Source: Candidatus Pacearchaeota archaeon (GTDB taxonomy: Archaea > Nanobdellota > Nanobdellia > Pacearchaeales > GW2011-AR1). From it: DNA of 53,082 nucleotides. The translations under genes were made by a program, and so were the position numbers. This document shows positions 1 through 9,823 of the stretch, piece by piece (the first letter of the stretch is position 1; each line of letters starts with the position of its first letter). The DNA is taken from the NCBI GenBank assembly GCA_016866975.1, contig VGKP01000003.1, positions 1 through 53,082 on the forward strand, given 5' to 3'. The notes beneath the pieces are model-generated. The model was not told the DNA's origin, made no database searches, and saw nothing but the letters and a program-made list of their open reading frames with translations.

Positions 1-62
1 ACAAAGTGATATTTTATCCTGAACACCTTGTGGGCAGACTTATTTAACTCGTTTTCTTCCAT
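1..62 (-). CDS. tnpA: N-terminal 21 codons of a probable IS200/IS605-family Y1 (HUH) transposase, truncated by the window edge
   Basis: Hand translation gives MEENELNKSAHKVFRIKYHFV, matching the typical TnpA start (H-x-V-Y/F-x-I/L-x-Y-H-F/I-V). The HUH and Tyr motifs lie outside the window. Confidence 0.65.
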   Translation of the reverse strand, partial: MEENELNKSAHKVFRIKYHF

Positions 63-131
63 GCATCAGCGAAGTTCTAAGCGTTTATATTTTTGCTGGA
101 CGCTTTATCCCCGTGGCAAGACCACGGAGTA
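1..131 (-). mobile_element. Putative left end of an IS200/IS605-family element
   Basis: Hairpin CCGTGG-caaga-CCACGG (111-127) lies upstream of the tnpA-like start and follows TTAA (132-135, minus strand). It replaces the natural C-terminus of the DUF2784-like ORF. Confidence 0.55.
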
Positions 132-394
132 TTAACCAAAAATAAAGTGGACAAGAACTGATGCCTCCCTACTTTCTGGCCAGCAAATCTCCTTAACTTT
201 TTCTCTTGTACTGTCAAAGGGCATTTCCCTCCATAGGCTGCCTCTACAAGCCATACAAAGATGATATAACTTGCACCCATTATCCTGAATCCTCCAAAAA
301 TAAGGGCAGCGACCGACAAGATGTATAAAATCATAACTAAAATATGTGCCTTCTCCACAACTTCTGCCCAAAAAAGATATCTTTTCCTATCCAT
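77..394 (-). CDS. DUF2784-like membrane protein; C-terminus probably replaced by IS left-end sequence
   Basis: Two hydrophobic helices and a CPLTxxExxLR motif. The last ~15 residues are read from the IS-like hairpin. Confidence 0.55.
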   Translation of the reverse strand: MDRKRYLFWAEVVEKAHILVMILYILSVAALIFGGFRIMGASYIIFVWLVEAAYGGKCPLTVQEKKLRRFAGQKVGRHQFLSTLFLVNTPWSCHGDKASSKNINA

Positions 395-466
395 ATAATC
401 TTATTAGCCTTTGTCGTTTATAACTTTTGTCAAAATGTTTAAGTACATCAGACAACAACTATTTAT

Positions 467-1159
467 ATGTGTTTCACACCATCTGTTTCTCTTTTAACAG
501 CAATTGTTGAATGGATGCTGGCACTTATCATGTTTGCATCCTTTAGAAAGTCTAAGCTTGCAAAATTCTTTGTAGTTCTCTTTATACTCTTGGGCCTTTA
601 TCAATTCAGCGAATTTATGCTATGCACTACAGGAAATCTGATCTGGGTCAAAATCGGATTTATTAGTTACTCTTTCCTACCAGCCATTGGCCTGCATAGT
701 GTACTAAGCTATTTCAAAATAAAGAAAAATACCCTGCTCCTGTATGCCGTGCCTTCAATCTACTCTTTGCTCGCAATTTTCCAGAATGACTTCGTACATT
801 TTGGGCAATGCATGACTTTCTTCGTGCAGGCAACAACTATACTCTCTCTGAATCCCTATTTGGCAATCCCTTATGAAATGTATTACGCAGTCTTCATCAT
901 TCTCGCCTTCTTAATACTTGCTCAAGCCTATAAAAGAGCAAAGACTAAGATAGAAAAAAAGATAGATATTAGTGAAATGATAGGCATAATGCTCATGACA
1001 ATTCCCACGTTCATACTAATAATCATCTTCCCATCATTAGGAATTATGTTCCCTTCGGTACTTTGCCACTTTGCTCTCTTTCTAGCAATAATGTTCTTCG
1101 CCAGCGCATATCTGGATGAAAAGAGATCTTTGCATGAGAAGTATCATCGTATGCCTTGA
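467..1159 (+). CDS. Multi-pass (about 7 TM) membrane protein, HisKA_7TM-like sensor domain without a kinase
   Basis: 230 aa, hydrophobic segments, MCFT start and LGLYQFSEFMLC motif. TATA-like TTTAAGTA starts 29 nt upstream. Confidence 0.55.
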   Translation: MCFTPSVSLLTAIVEWMLALIMFASFRKSKLAKFFVVLFILLGLYQFSEFMLCTTGNLIWVKIGFISYSFLPAIGLHSVLSYFKIKKNTLLLYAVPSIYSLLAIFQNDFVHFGQCMTFFVQATTILSLNPYLAIPYEMYYAVFIILAFLILAQAYKRAKTKIEKKIDISEMIGIMLMTIPTFILIIIFPSLGIMFPSVLCHFALFLAIMFFASAYLDEKRSLHEKYHRMP

Positions 1160-1278
1160 GCATCCCCTAGAGCGGCATCTAATCATTTTAAAATATTGAA
1201 GCGATTTTATCTAAAATCTTTGCACAATCTGAAATCATATGTATTAAAAAAAACTTTAAACTATAAGCAGATTTATTT

Positions 1279-1358
1279 TCGAGGATGTGAAGCCTAGATG
1301 ACAGTCAAGAATCTTAGATTCCTTATGAGATGCTTTTTGCTTCAAGTTCCTTGATATC
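1279..1358 (+). repeat. Decayed copy of the short double-hairpin module plus a remnant of module C end
   Basis: 1279-1329 matches 37482-37532 at 46/51 nt and is followed by caagttccttga (module C 3' arm). Confidence 0.75.
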
Positions 1359-1431
1359 ACATGCTCTAGGTTATAGTGCGAAGAATTTGATTAGTAGGAA
1401 CTTTTAAATTCTCTCCTCTCCCTGCATCTTC

Positions 1432-2607
1432 ATGCTCATCGGAATCCTCGGGCGCCCAAACGCGGGAAAAAGCACGTTCTTCAAAGCAGCGACTCTTATA
1501 GATGTTCTTATAGCAAATTATCCTTTCGCGACGATAAAGGCCAATCACGGCATAGCATATGTCAGGATACCAGACCTTGCAAAAGAATTTGGAAAAGTCA
1601 GCAATCCTCGAGAAGGATATGTAAAAGAAGGGTGGAGATTTGTCCCATTCGAGCTCATGGATGTAGCTGGGCTTGTGAAAGGTGCAAGCCAGGGTAAAGG
1701 TCTTGGTAATGAGTTCCTGAATGACCTATCCGCAGCAGACGCATTCATACATGTCATAGACCTTTCAGGAGAAACAGATGGAGAAGGCAAGCCGGCAGAG
1801 AACTACGACCCATCTAAAGACATCAAGATAATAGAGAAAGAACTTGACCTCTGGTACCTCGGCATCCTCAAGAAAGTATGGGCTGGTTTCGCAAGGACTG
1901 TAGAGATGCAAAAGAAAAAATTTGAAGATTCAGTCTCAAAGCAATTCTCAGGCCTGAAGGTCACAGAAGACGATGTCAGGCACGTAGTATTGAAGTCAGG
2001 TCTTGACCCTGATCATCCTACGAAATGGACAGAGCAGCAATTAGAGAATTTCGCCAACTTACTAAGAAAGACTACGAAGCCGATGATCTTGGCATCAAAT
2101 AAGATCGACAGGCCAAATGGTAAAACCAATTATGAAAAAATCAAATCAATGTTTGACTATCCAATTATCCCATGTTTTGCAGACGGAGAGCTCTCTCTTA
2201 GACAAGCAGATAAAGCAGGTCTCATCTCATATATTCCAGGTGAGAAGTCTTTCAAAATTACAAAAGATCTCAACGACAAGCAAAAAGCGGCACTTGAACA
2301 AATCCAGAAAACAATAAATGAATTTGGTAGTACTGGCATTCAGGATGTCCTCAATCATGTAGTCTTTGAGATGATGAAATATGTAGCCATATATCCCGCA
2401 GGAGCAAAGCTAAGTGACAGCAAGGGTAACATCCTCCCAGACTGTTTCCTCATGCCTCCAGGGACAACTGCTCTTGATTTTGCATATCGTCTTCATACAG
2501 ACATAGGCAAGAATTTTGTCAAAGCCATAGACATCAGAACAAAACACGCCGTAGGAAAAGACCATCTCCTAAAAAGCGGCGATGGTTTGGAAATTCTTAC
2601 GAAATGA
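1432..2607 (+). CDS. Archaeal YchF/Obg-family translation-associated GTPase/ATPase with TGS domain
   Basis: GRPNAGKST, NYPFATI, DVAGLV, NKID motifs and a C-terminal TGS (LPDCFL...AYRLHTDIG). Confidence 0.9.
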   Translation: MLIGILGRPNAGKSTFFKAATLIDVLIANYPFATIKANHGIAYVRIPDLAKEFGKVSNPREGYVKEGWRFVPFELMDVAGLVKGASQGKGLGNEFLNDLSAADAFIHVIDLSGETDGEGKPAENYDPSKDIKIIEKELDLWYLGILKKVWAGFARTVEMQKKKFEDSVSKQFSGLKVTEDDVRHVVLKSGLDPDHPTKWTEQQLENFANLLRKTTKPMILASNKIDRPNGKTNYEKIKSMFDYPIIPCFADGELSLRQADKAGLISYIPGEKSFKITKDLNDKQKAALEQIQKTINEFGSTGIQDVLNHVVFEMMKYVAIYPAGAKLSDSKGNILPDCFLMPPGTTALDFAYRLHTDIGKNFVKAIDIRTKHAVGKDHLLKSGDGLEILTK

Positions 2608-2633
2608 TCATCCAACTTATTCTGAAGAGAACA

Positions 2634-3737
2634 TCAAATAAAACGCTTACGCGCTTCAGCTGCAATAGTATCATACAATGGATAGATCCATTGTTGCGTG
2701 CCGTATCCCCCATTGCGTTCTGGAGGAAGGCGTAAGCGTTCAAGATGAGATTCTGCTAGCCCTAAAAGGTCAGTAACTTCACGCCCCGTATAGTGTTTCT
2801 TTCGCTCTCCCTTCAATTGATGGAGGACAATATCAATTCCTTGTACAGCAACGCGTTTACGTCGACCATCCTGCACGCGAGAATACGGTAAATTTTTAGT
2901 CGTGAAGATATAGGAGCGAAGAGTATTTTCCCTCACACCAAGCTTTTCATGCAGTTCAGATAACGTATATAATCTTTTATGAGAAAGTTCTCTTTTCTTC
3001 AAATAAGGAAGAACGCGACGATTGATAAATCCTGCAATAACATCTTGAAAATAAGAATCATGATCGGCTTCTATATACAATTGTTGTACACGTTTATCTG
3101 TCAGTAATGAGACAAATTGCGCTAAGGCTTTTACATGAACTCGATTATGCAAACTTCTTAGCACAAAGTGACCTGAATGAGGGACGATAAAACCGTGATC
3201 CATAATTTCGCGGACTGTTGCTTGGCTCACTTTTAGTATTCCAGATAGCATTCCTGTGGATATCACTTGCCAAGAACGTAAGGGGGAAAAACCGGAAAAT
3301 TTTTCACGCGCATGCATACGATACCACTCGAACCAACGTTCTCCTCCATAAGCATTCCAAAGTAATTTTACATGCTCTTCAGGAGTCTGATTTGATTCAA
3401 CACTATACTGTACACTATCAATAAGTATCTCTTCAAGAGGTCTTTTGAATACAGCACTGATTGTGCGTGCAAGTGAGATTGGAGCCACACATTTTTGAGT
3501 AGGACGTGAATTCTCAGAATCAATCTCAAGTAATCTACGCTCGCATAACTCACGGAAAATGCGCTTGCTTGCACGTAATTTCTCACGTACTCCAATGAGA
3601 GGATACTCTCCCTGTGCAACAACTCTCGGATACGATCGACTATAGACTTCTCGAAGTTTCTGAATCCAATTTTGGAATGTAACGCGAGGACCTCTTCCCT
3701 TGTCCTGCGGAAAATCATAGACAATAATTTCTGACAT
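2634..3737 (-). CDS. Hypothetical protein with several HTH-like segments
   Basis: 367 aa ORF with segments such as YTLSELHEKLGVRENTLRSYI and YTGREVTDLLGLAESHL. Confidence 0.55.
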   Translation of the reverse strand: MSEIIVYDFPQDKGRGPRVTFQNWIQKLREVYSRSYPRVVAQGEYPLIGVREKLRASKRIFRELCERRLLEIDSENSRPTQKCVAPISLARTISAVFKRPLEEILIDSVQYSVESNQTPEEHVKLLWNAYGGERWFEWYRMHAREKFSGFSPLRSWQVISTGMLSGILKVSQATVREIMDHGFIVPHSGHFVLRSLHNRVHVKALAQFVSLLTDKRVQQLYIEADHDSYFQDVIAGFINRRVLPYLKKRELSHKRLYTLSELHEKLGVRENTLRSYIFTTKNLPYSRVQDGRRKRVAVQGIDIVLHQLKGERKKHYTGREVTDLLGLAESHLERLRLPPERNGGYGTQQWIYPLYDTIAAEARKRFI

Positions 3738-3809
3738 TCTTTCAAAATTACAATATCCTTTATAAAAATAGCGTTAATAGTTTATATACTTGCACTTACT
3801 GCCAACTTC

Positions 3810-4322
3810 ATGGGAATGGAAGAAATCGAGCGCGTCAAGAGCATCTTCCAAGAGCTCAATCTCAATCCTGAATACCGGGAACATGCGCCTGCAATCACTA
3901 GTGAAGAAGCTTCCCGTAATAGAGGAGATTTGCTGAAGCAAGGCATTAAATCTCTCCTGTTCACCAACGGCAAAGACTTCATCATCGTGAATCTTCCGGC
4001 AGATCAAAAAGTCGACACCAAAAAAGTCGAGCAAACGCTCAATTGGCAACGCTCAACTATGAGAATGGCAACACCTCAAGAAGTCATCGAAAAAACAGGT
4101 TGCGAGATTGGCGCAGTCCCTCCATTCGGCCACAAAACCCCTCTTCAAATCCTTGTAGACCTAGGAGTCTATGATAACAAAGAAAGCGCATTCAATATCG
4201 GTCTCCGCACGTATTCAGTAAAAATCTCTACGCATAAGATGAAAAATCTCTTTAGACATCTCAATGCGCTGGAAGGTGCATTTGCAAAATCATCACAAAA
4301 ACGATGCGCCACCTCGGATTGA
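3810..4322 (+). CDS. YbaK/ProXp aminoacyl-tRNA editing domain protein; last codons and stop supplied by the inserted hairpin element
   Basis: IKSLLF, GCEIGAVPPFGH and AFNIG motifs. TATA TTTATATA starts 29 nt upstream. Confidence 0.85.
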   Translation: MGMEEIERVKSIFQELNLNPEYREHAPAITSEEASRNRGDLLKQGIKSLLFTNGKDFIIVNLPADQKVDTKKVEQTLNWQRSTMRMATPQEVIEKTGCEIGAVPPFGHKTPLQILVDLGVYDNKESAFNIGLRTYSVKISTHKMKNLFRHLNALEGAFAKSSQKRCATSD

Positions 4323-4493
4323 AAACCGAGGTTTGTTGCAGTCGCTCGTTTTTGGAGATGCTCGGGAACCACCACACCTTGAAAGGTGTGGTTTTCATCG
4401 GTTCCCGACATAAGCACGATACACCACCTCGGATTGAAAACCGAGGTTTGTTGCAGTCGCTCTTGTCATCAAGGATGTAAATCCTTGACATAA
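4292..4493 (+). mobile_element. Hairpin element copy 1 (composite: A + B + partial A + minimal 26-bp hairpin)
   Basis: ATCA-caaaaacgatgcgccacctcgg...ggttcccGACATAA, then a second A arm and ATCAAGGATGTAAATCCTTGACATAA. Confidence 0.9.
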
Positions 4494-4499
4494 AATAAA

Positions 4500-5726
4500 T
4501 CAAACAACAACTTGAGCATCTCTATCAACATGTTTCCTCCAGCCTTGATTTGTTGGATCATATGAATTGATATAGCTTGAGATATAATTTGAAGGAATCA
4601 TCGCTTTGTGTCCTCTTCCTCTCTTGAAATTCACGTTTTTCCAGACATTGTTTCTGCTCTGGATTCTCGATAGTTCTTTAGCGCTCATGACAGAAATTCC
4701 AAGAACATATGCAATATCCTTGAAACTCAAGGAATTTTCTTTCCCTGCAAGCCTTAAAAGTGCTTCTTGCCTTCTTTCTTCCAAAGCCTGGCCGTTAAAA
4801 TTAAGCTTATTTCTGACTCTGTAAAGTTCTTCGCGTATTTTATACTGTTCAATATCATAATAGTCATAGAGAGATTGGAGCGAAACACATCCCTTGCCAT
4901 CGGCCTCAAAATCTCTTTGTGTTACGAGCCTCTTAATAGTGATCTCACCCATATTAAGGACGGAGACAAGTTCTTGATAAGGTATCCCTATTCTGCCCTT
5001 GGTATTCCAACTGACAAGTTGCTCTTCAAGCTTAAAAAGCTCATCCCAATCACGATGTTTAAGGCGGTTAAGTGCCTCTTGGGGCAGGATGTCGATGCGA
5101 TGCTCAAAGTGATAGGATGTAAACTGGCGTGGTTGTGATGCAGTGACAAGATTGATGAAAGAAGGATGAAATTTCTTAATATACCTATCGCTCCCATTGA
5201 GTTGGTAAAATAAAAAGGGATGTGGGAAGCAGTGATAAATGATCTCATCAGGATCCGAACATTTTAGAGCAGTATGCGTTGCGCTGATTGATGTGTGAAT
5301 ATGCGCTGCAAGATTGCGTGAAAGAGCACAGCTTTGGCGGCCCTTCATAGTAGCAGGAGAAAGGACATAGTACTGAGATGCATTTCCTTTGAGCTTAAAT
5401 CCTACAAACGTAGTGATGCACTTGCGCTCTAAAGTTGACATTATTTCAGCATCTTTTTGCATGCGCTCCCGAAGTAGCTCATGATCATCGAAGAGTTCAT
5501 GGAGCGCAGTTACAGATACTCGCGTATAGTGGTGCTCGTAAACACCTTCCCGCAACTTCTTAAAAGAATCTTTTATTTTTTTTCTAGCTCGCCTGATAGA
5601 AGTCTGTTCCTGGAACTTAAGAGAACGTAGTCGCTGTTGTAAACGCACATTCATGTCATTATACCCTACCATTAAAAAATTGACTATCGAAACTCTTATA
5701 AGCTTTTCGTACAGGCTCCACCGCAA
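4500..5726 (-). CDS. Hypothetical protein with C-terminal HTH-like segments (start uncertain, possibly 5656)
   Basis: 408 aa ORF containing IPYQELVSVLNMGEITIKRLV and LSFKDIAYVLGISVMSAKEL. Confidence 0.55.
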   Translation of the reverse strand: MRWSLYEKLIRVSIVNFLMVGYNDMNVRLQQRLRSLKFQEQTSIRRARKKIKDSFKKLREGVYEHHYTRVSVTALHELFDDHELLRERMQKDAEIMSTLERKCITTFVGFKLKGNASQYYVLSPATMKGRQSCALSRNLAAHIHTSISATHTALKCSDPDEIIYHCFPHPFLFYQLNGSDRYIKKFHPSFINLVTASQPRQFTSYHFEHRIDILPQEALNRLKHRDWDELFKLEEQLVSWNTKGRIGIPYQELVSVLNMGEITIKRLVTQRDFEADGKGCVSLQSLYDYYDIEQYKIREELYRVRNKLNFNGQALEERRQEALLRLAGKENSLSFKDIAYVLGISVMSAKELSRIQSRNNVWKNVNFKRGRGHKAMIPSNYISSYINSYDPTNQGWRKHVDRDAQVVV

Positions 5727-5768
5727 TTCTTTTAATCTACAATTCCCTCACTACAAAAAGAGACTATC

Positions 5769-6188
5769 ATGAAATACGAATTTGCCGAAGATATCCAACA
5801 GCGCATGTCGGAGATAGTGCAGACCTTGGGTATGCATCATATTGACTTACAGAGGGTAAAATGCTATCGTAGTAGTGGAAGCAGCACAAAAAGAACCATC
5901 GCGCGCTGCCATACCGTGGGTAAGCTTATGCAGAAAGCTATGGGTATGCCTGCATATTATGCAATAGAATTTCTGGAAAGATTTGAGAGAATGCAGAAAG
6001 ATGAGCAGGACAAGGTAATAATCCATGAGCTGATGCACATCCCTAAGACATTCGGCGGGGGTTTTAGACAGCACGATTTTGTATGCGACCAGAATGTAGA
6101 GATAATGCATGAAAAGTTTCTTGGTATGAAAAGATCCGGCACTGAACATAAGGTTCCTGAGAAAAAGCTCTTCCCATTTTGGAAATGA
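5769..6188 (+). CDS. Putative HExxH metallopeptidase
   Basis: VIIHELMHIP zinc-binding motif and RTIARCH; a small archaeal metallopeptidase-like family. Confidence 0.75.
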   Translation: MKYEFAEDIQQRMSEIVQTLGMHHIDLQRVKCYRSSGSSTKRTIARCHTVGKLMQKAMGMPAYYAIEFLERFERMQKDEQDKVIIHELMHIPKTFGGGFRQHDFVCDQNVEIMHEKFLGMKRSGTEHKVPEKKLFPFWK

Positions 6189-6538
6189 TTATCGACATAA
6201 CTATCTCAAAGAATAATAGAAAAATAAGCTTCCCCGTACATAGAGTGTCTATTCTGGGAAAGATAACCGGTCTTATGTTCCGCACCAGGAATACACGAAA
6301 CCTTCTCTTCGAATTTACCAGGCCAGTAAAATTATCAATACATTCCTGGTTCGTCTTTTTCCCTTTCCTTATAGTCTGGACAGACAAGAAAAACAATGTC
6401 ATCGGACAGAAAGTTGTCTTGCCGTTCACGACGGCAATTGCTCCACTAAGACCATTTTCAAAGGCCATAGAAGTGCCATTTTCACGACGAAATAAGGACA
6501 TCCTTGATTTCTTCGTCGACACAAAAAGATTTAAATAG
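6185..6538 (+). CDS. DUF192 family protein
   Basis: GLMFR, IHSWFVFFPFLIVWTD and IEVP motifs. Confidence 0.75.
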   Translation: MIIDITISKNNRKISFPVHRVSILGKITGLMFRTRNTRNLLFEFTRPVKLSIHSWFVFFPFLIVWTDKKNNVIGQKVVLPFTTAIAPLRPFSKAIEVPFSRRNKDILDFFVDTKRFK

Positions 6539-6580
6539 AGAGAGTATTTAATCTAGATATCAGCCAAAAGGAGGTTTAAA

Positions 6581-6703
6581 ATGGGATCAGTTATTGCAAA
6601 AAATATTGTAAAGCGAAAACCAGGTTATCTCTACTATGTCGACAGTAAAGGAAATGTCTGCGAAGCAAAGATGGCTCGTGGTGGACGAAAGAAGAAGAAA
6701 TAA
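6581..6703 (+). CDS. Small basic protein, 40 aa (MGSVIAKNIVKRKPGYLYYVDSKGNVCEAKMARGGRKKKK), not in ORF track
   Basis: Hand translation. AGGAGGT Shine-Dalgarno at about 6569-6575 and TTTAAATA at 6530. Confidence 0.75.
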   Translation: MGSVIAKNIVKRKPGYLYYVDSKGNVCEAKMARGGRKKKK

Positions 6704-6872
6704 ATAAAATATTCACAGTCAATCGACAGCCGTGTCGAATTTATTTTTTCTTCAATTATTGATTTCACTTTTTTATATTTCCTATGTGCTGCAGTATGCC
6801 TGCAGCTATCTTTATGGAGCTAGCAGTTTTTGTAATCTATAGTCTTTTAAACTCATTTAAATTACAAGCTCC

Positions 6873-7841
6873 ATGATCCTTGGAGTTGAATGCACGGCGC
6901 ATACATTCGGCGTATCTTTATGTAATAAAAAGAAAATTCTTTCTAACATCAAGGATATGTACCGTCCCGAGAGAGGAGGGATTATTCCTGCAGAGAGCGC
7001 GAAACATCACGAAAATATCTCGCAATCTATCTTTGAACAGGCACTTGACAAAGCATGCATCCGAGAGCAAAAAATTGACGCCATAGCAATCTCAAATGCA
7101 CCAGGTCTAGCCCCTTGCCTTCTTGCAGGGATGAGATTCGCAAAGCAAAAAGCATTGAAGTTAGGCAAGCCAATCATTCCAGTCAATCACTGTATAGCTC
7201 ACCTTGAGATCGGCCAGCATGAGGGTGCAAAGGATCCTGTCCTTCTTTATACTTCAGGTGCTAACACTCAGATAATTGCATTCTCTGAAGGAAAATATCG
7301 TATATTTGGAGAGACACTAGACATAGGAATTGGAAATTTCCTGGATAAGTTTGCCAGATTCACAGGTATACCTTTCCCTGGCGGTCCAGAGATAGAGCGG
7401 CTTGCAAAAAATGGGAAATACATAGAACTCCCTTATGTGATAAAGGGCATGGATGTATCTTTCTCAGGGCTCTACACCAAACTCACACAACTATACAATA
7501 ATAAAGTCCTTATAGAAGATCTTTGTTTTTCTATACAGGAAACTGCTTTTGCAATATTGGTAGAAGCCGCAGAGCGCGCCCTTGCACACACTGGAAAAAA
7601 AGAGCTTGTCCTTGGTGGAGGCGTTGCATGCAACTCACGTTTGCAAGAGATGTGCAGGATAATGTGTCAGGAAAGAGGCGCACACTTCTTCTGTCCGCCC
7701 AAAGAGTTTCTTGTAGACAACGCTGGAATGATTGCATATACAGGAGAACTTATGTTCAATAAAGGCATTAAGATGGATCCTTCCAAAATAGATATCAGTC
7801 CAAGGGAAAGGACTGATGAAGTAGTTGTTACCTGGCGATAG
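6873..7841 (+). CDS. kae1: tRNA t6A37 threonylcarbamoyltransferase Kae1 (KEOPS)
   Basis: TAHT, HCIAHLEIG, SGANTQ, GETLDIGIGN and DNAGMIA motifs. Confidence 0.95.
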   Translation: MILGVECTAHTFGVSLCNKKKILSNIKDMYRPERGGIIPAESAKHHENISQSIFEQALDKACIREQKIDAIAISNAPGLAPCLLAGMRFAKQKALKLGKPIIPVNHCIAHLEIGQHEGAKDPVLLYTSGANTQIIAFSEGKYRIFGETLDIGIGNFLDKFARFTGIPFPGGPEIERLAKNGKYIELPYVIKGMDVSFSGLYTKLTQLYNNKVLIEDLCFSIQETAFAILVEAAERALAHTGKKELVLGGGVACNSRLQEMCRIMCQERGAHFFCPPKEFLVDNAGMIAYTGELMFNKGIKMDPSKIDISPRERTDEVVVTWR

Positions 7842-7921
7842 CATTTACCGTCGATAAACACCACCTATATACAGAAAGGTTTTTAAAGCAGGCTGCGTTT
7901 TGGGGATTTAGAGCTTCAAAG

Positions 7922-9823
7922 ATGAGTGACAAAGAATCAAAATCTAAAGATTATAAGGCTGAAAACATAAGAGTTCTTGAGGGCCTTGAAGGAGTCAGGC
8001 ACAGGCCTGCAATGTATATAGGTAGCACAAGTAAGACAGGTCTCCACCATCTGGTCTGGGAACTCATGGATAACTCGATTGATGAAGCTATGGGAGGTCA
8101 TTGTGATTTAATAGAGGCCACAATAAACAAGGACGGAAGCATAACTGTTAAAGACAATGGAAGGGGTATCCCTGTAGACATCCATCCCGTATACAAAAGA
8201 CCTGCCCTTGAAATTGCTGTGACAAAACTCCACGCAGGAGGGAAGTTTGATAAGTCAAATTACAAATTCTCTGGAGGCCTTCACGGAGTAGGCATTTCGG
8301 TAGTAGCAGCGCTTTCCAAGTTGATGAAAGTTATTGTAAAAAAAGGAGGCAAAATATACCAGCAGGAATACAAAATAGGAAAGCCGATTTATGACATGAA
8401 GGCTCTTGGCGATTGCCCTAAGGATGAGACTGGAACAAGTGTCACATTCCTTCCTGACGATACAATATTTTCCACCGTCAAATTTGATTTCTCTACTCTT
8501 TCCTCAAGATTTAGAGAGATGGCATTCCTCAATAAAGGCCTTAAGATAATGCTCGAAGACAAAGATACAGAGAAAAAAGAAGTCTTCCATTATGAGGGTG
8601 GACTTATAGAATTTGTCAAGGAACTCAATAAGTCAAAAGATGAGTTGCACAAGCCAATATATTTCTTCAAAGAACAAGACAAGATAGAGATTGAATGTGC
8701 AGTCCAATACAACTCGAGCTATTATGAGAACGTCCTGAGTTTTGTAAATACAATAAACACAACTGAAGGAGGCACACATGTTGTAGGATTCAAGACGGCC
8801 CTTACAAGGACTATCAATGACTATGCCAACAAAAACAAGATGAATAAGGGCGAGAACCTTACTGGAGACGACGTCCGAGAAGGTTTGACTGCAGTTGTGT
8901 CTGTCAAGATAGGTGAACCTCAATTCGAAGGACAGACAAAAACAAAACTTGGCAACGCAGAAGTGAAAGGCATCGTAGATGCTGCTGCAACGACAGCTTT
9001 AACAGTATTCTTCGAAGAAAATCCCACAACTGCAAGAAGGATTGTAGACAAAGCAATGGAAGCACAGAAGGCGAGAAATGCTGCAAAGAAAGCAAAAGAA
9101 CTGGTAAGAAGAAAGAATGCATTCAGTGTTGGCGGCCTTCCAGGTAAGCTTGCTGACTGTTCAAGCAACAAGATGGAAGAGAGCGAAATATACATTGTTG
9201 AGGGAGATTCTGCAGGAGGCAGTGCAAAACAGGCACGTAATAAAGAAAATCAGGCTATCCTTCCGATAAAAGGTAAGATTCTTAACGTGGAGAAAGCAAA
9301 TCCCATAAAAGTATTTTCTCATGAGGAGATAGCAAATCTGATTACAGCCATAGGTTGTGGAGTAGGTGACCAATTTGACATAGGGAAACTCCGATATGCA
9401 AAGACGATTATTATGACAGATGCAGACGTTGATGGAGCACATATTAGGACTTTACTGCTCACTTTCTTTTTCCGTTTCGTTCCAAAGCTTATTGAACAAG
9501 GCAAAATTTACATCGCTGTACCTCCGCTCTATCGCATAAGGAAACGCGGAGACCATTACGTCTATTCAGACGATGAACTTAAAAAGATAACTTCAAAATT
9601 CAATGGCAACATTGACGTTCAGAGATTCAAAGGTCTAGGAGAGATGAATCCGGAGCAGCTCTGGGAGACAACAATGGATCCAAAGACGCGTTTGCTCAAG
9701 AAAGTAACTATTGATGATGCTGCCCAAGCAGATGTAACATTTTCAAAACTAATGGGTGATGATGTAGAACCCAGAAAACAGTTCATTGCAGAACATGCGG
9801 CGGAGGCGCAGATTGACATCTGA
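7922..9823 (+). CDS. gyrB: DNA gyrase subunit B
   Basis: [42 protein letters not shown] and RFKGLGEM motifs. Confidence 0.97.
   Translation: MSDKESKSKDYKAENIRVLEGLEGVRHRPAMYIGSTSKTGLHHLVWELMDNSIDEAMGGHCDLIEATINKDGSITVKDNGRGIPVDIHPVYKRPALEIAVTKLHAGGKFDKSNYKFSGGLHGVGISVVAALSKLMKVIVKKGGKIYQQEYKIGKPIYDMKALGDCPKDETGTSVTFLPDDTIFSTVKFDFSTLSSRFREMAFLNKGLKIMLEDKDTEKKEVFHYEGGLIEFVKELNKSKDELHKPIYFFKEQDKIEIECAVQYNSSYYENVLSFVNTINTTEGGTHVVGFKTALTRTINDYANKNKMNKGENLTGDDVREGLTAVVSVKIGEPQFEGQTKTKLGNAEVKGIVDAAATTALTVFFEENPTTARRIVDKAMEAQKARNAAKKAKELVRRKNAFSVGGLPGKLADCSSNKMEESEIYIVEGDSAGGSAKQARNKENQAILPIKGKILNVEKANPIKVFSHEEIANLITAIGCGVGDQFDIGKLRYAKTIIMTDADVDGAHIRTLLLTFFFRFVPKLIEQGKIYIAVPPLYRIRKRGDHYVYSDDELKKITSKFNGNIDVQRFKGLGEMNPEQLWETTMDPKTRLLKKVTIDDAAQADVTFSKLMGDDVEPRKQFIAEHAAEAQIDI

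Noticed and set aside
4169-4503. ORFs 4169-4417 and 4261-4503, and likewise 29719-29904, 33363-33665, 37434-37673, 37501-37725, 40116-40439 and 46554-46757
   Set aside because: They are open frames running through the hairpin element (same MKTTPFKVWWFP and MRHLGLKAEV peptides recur) and overlap real genes.
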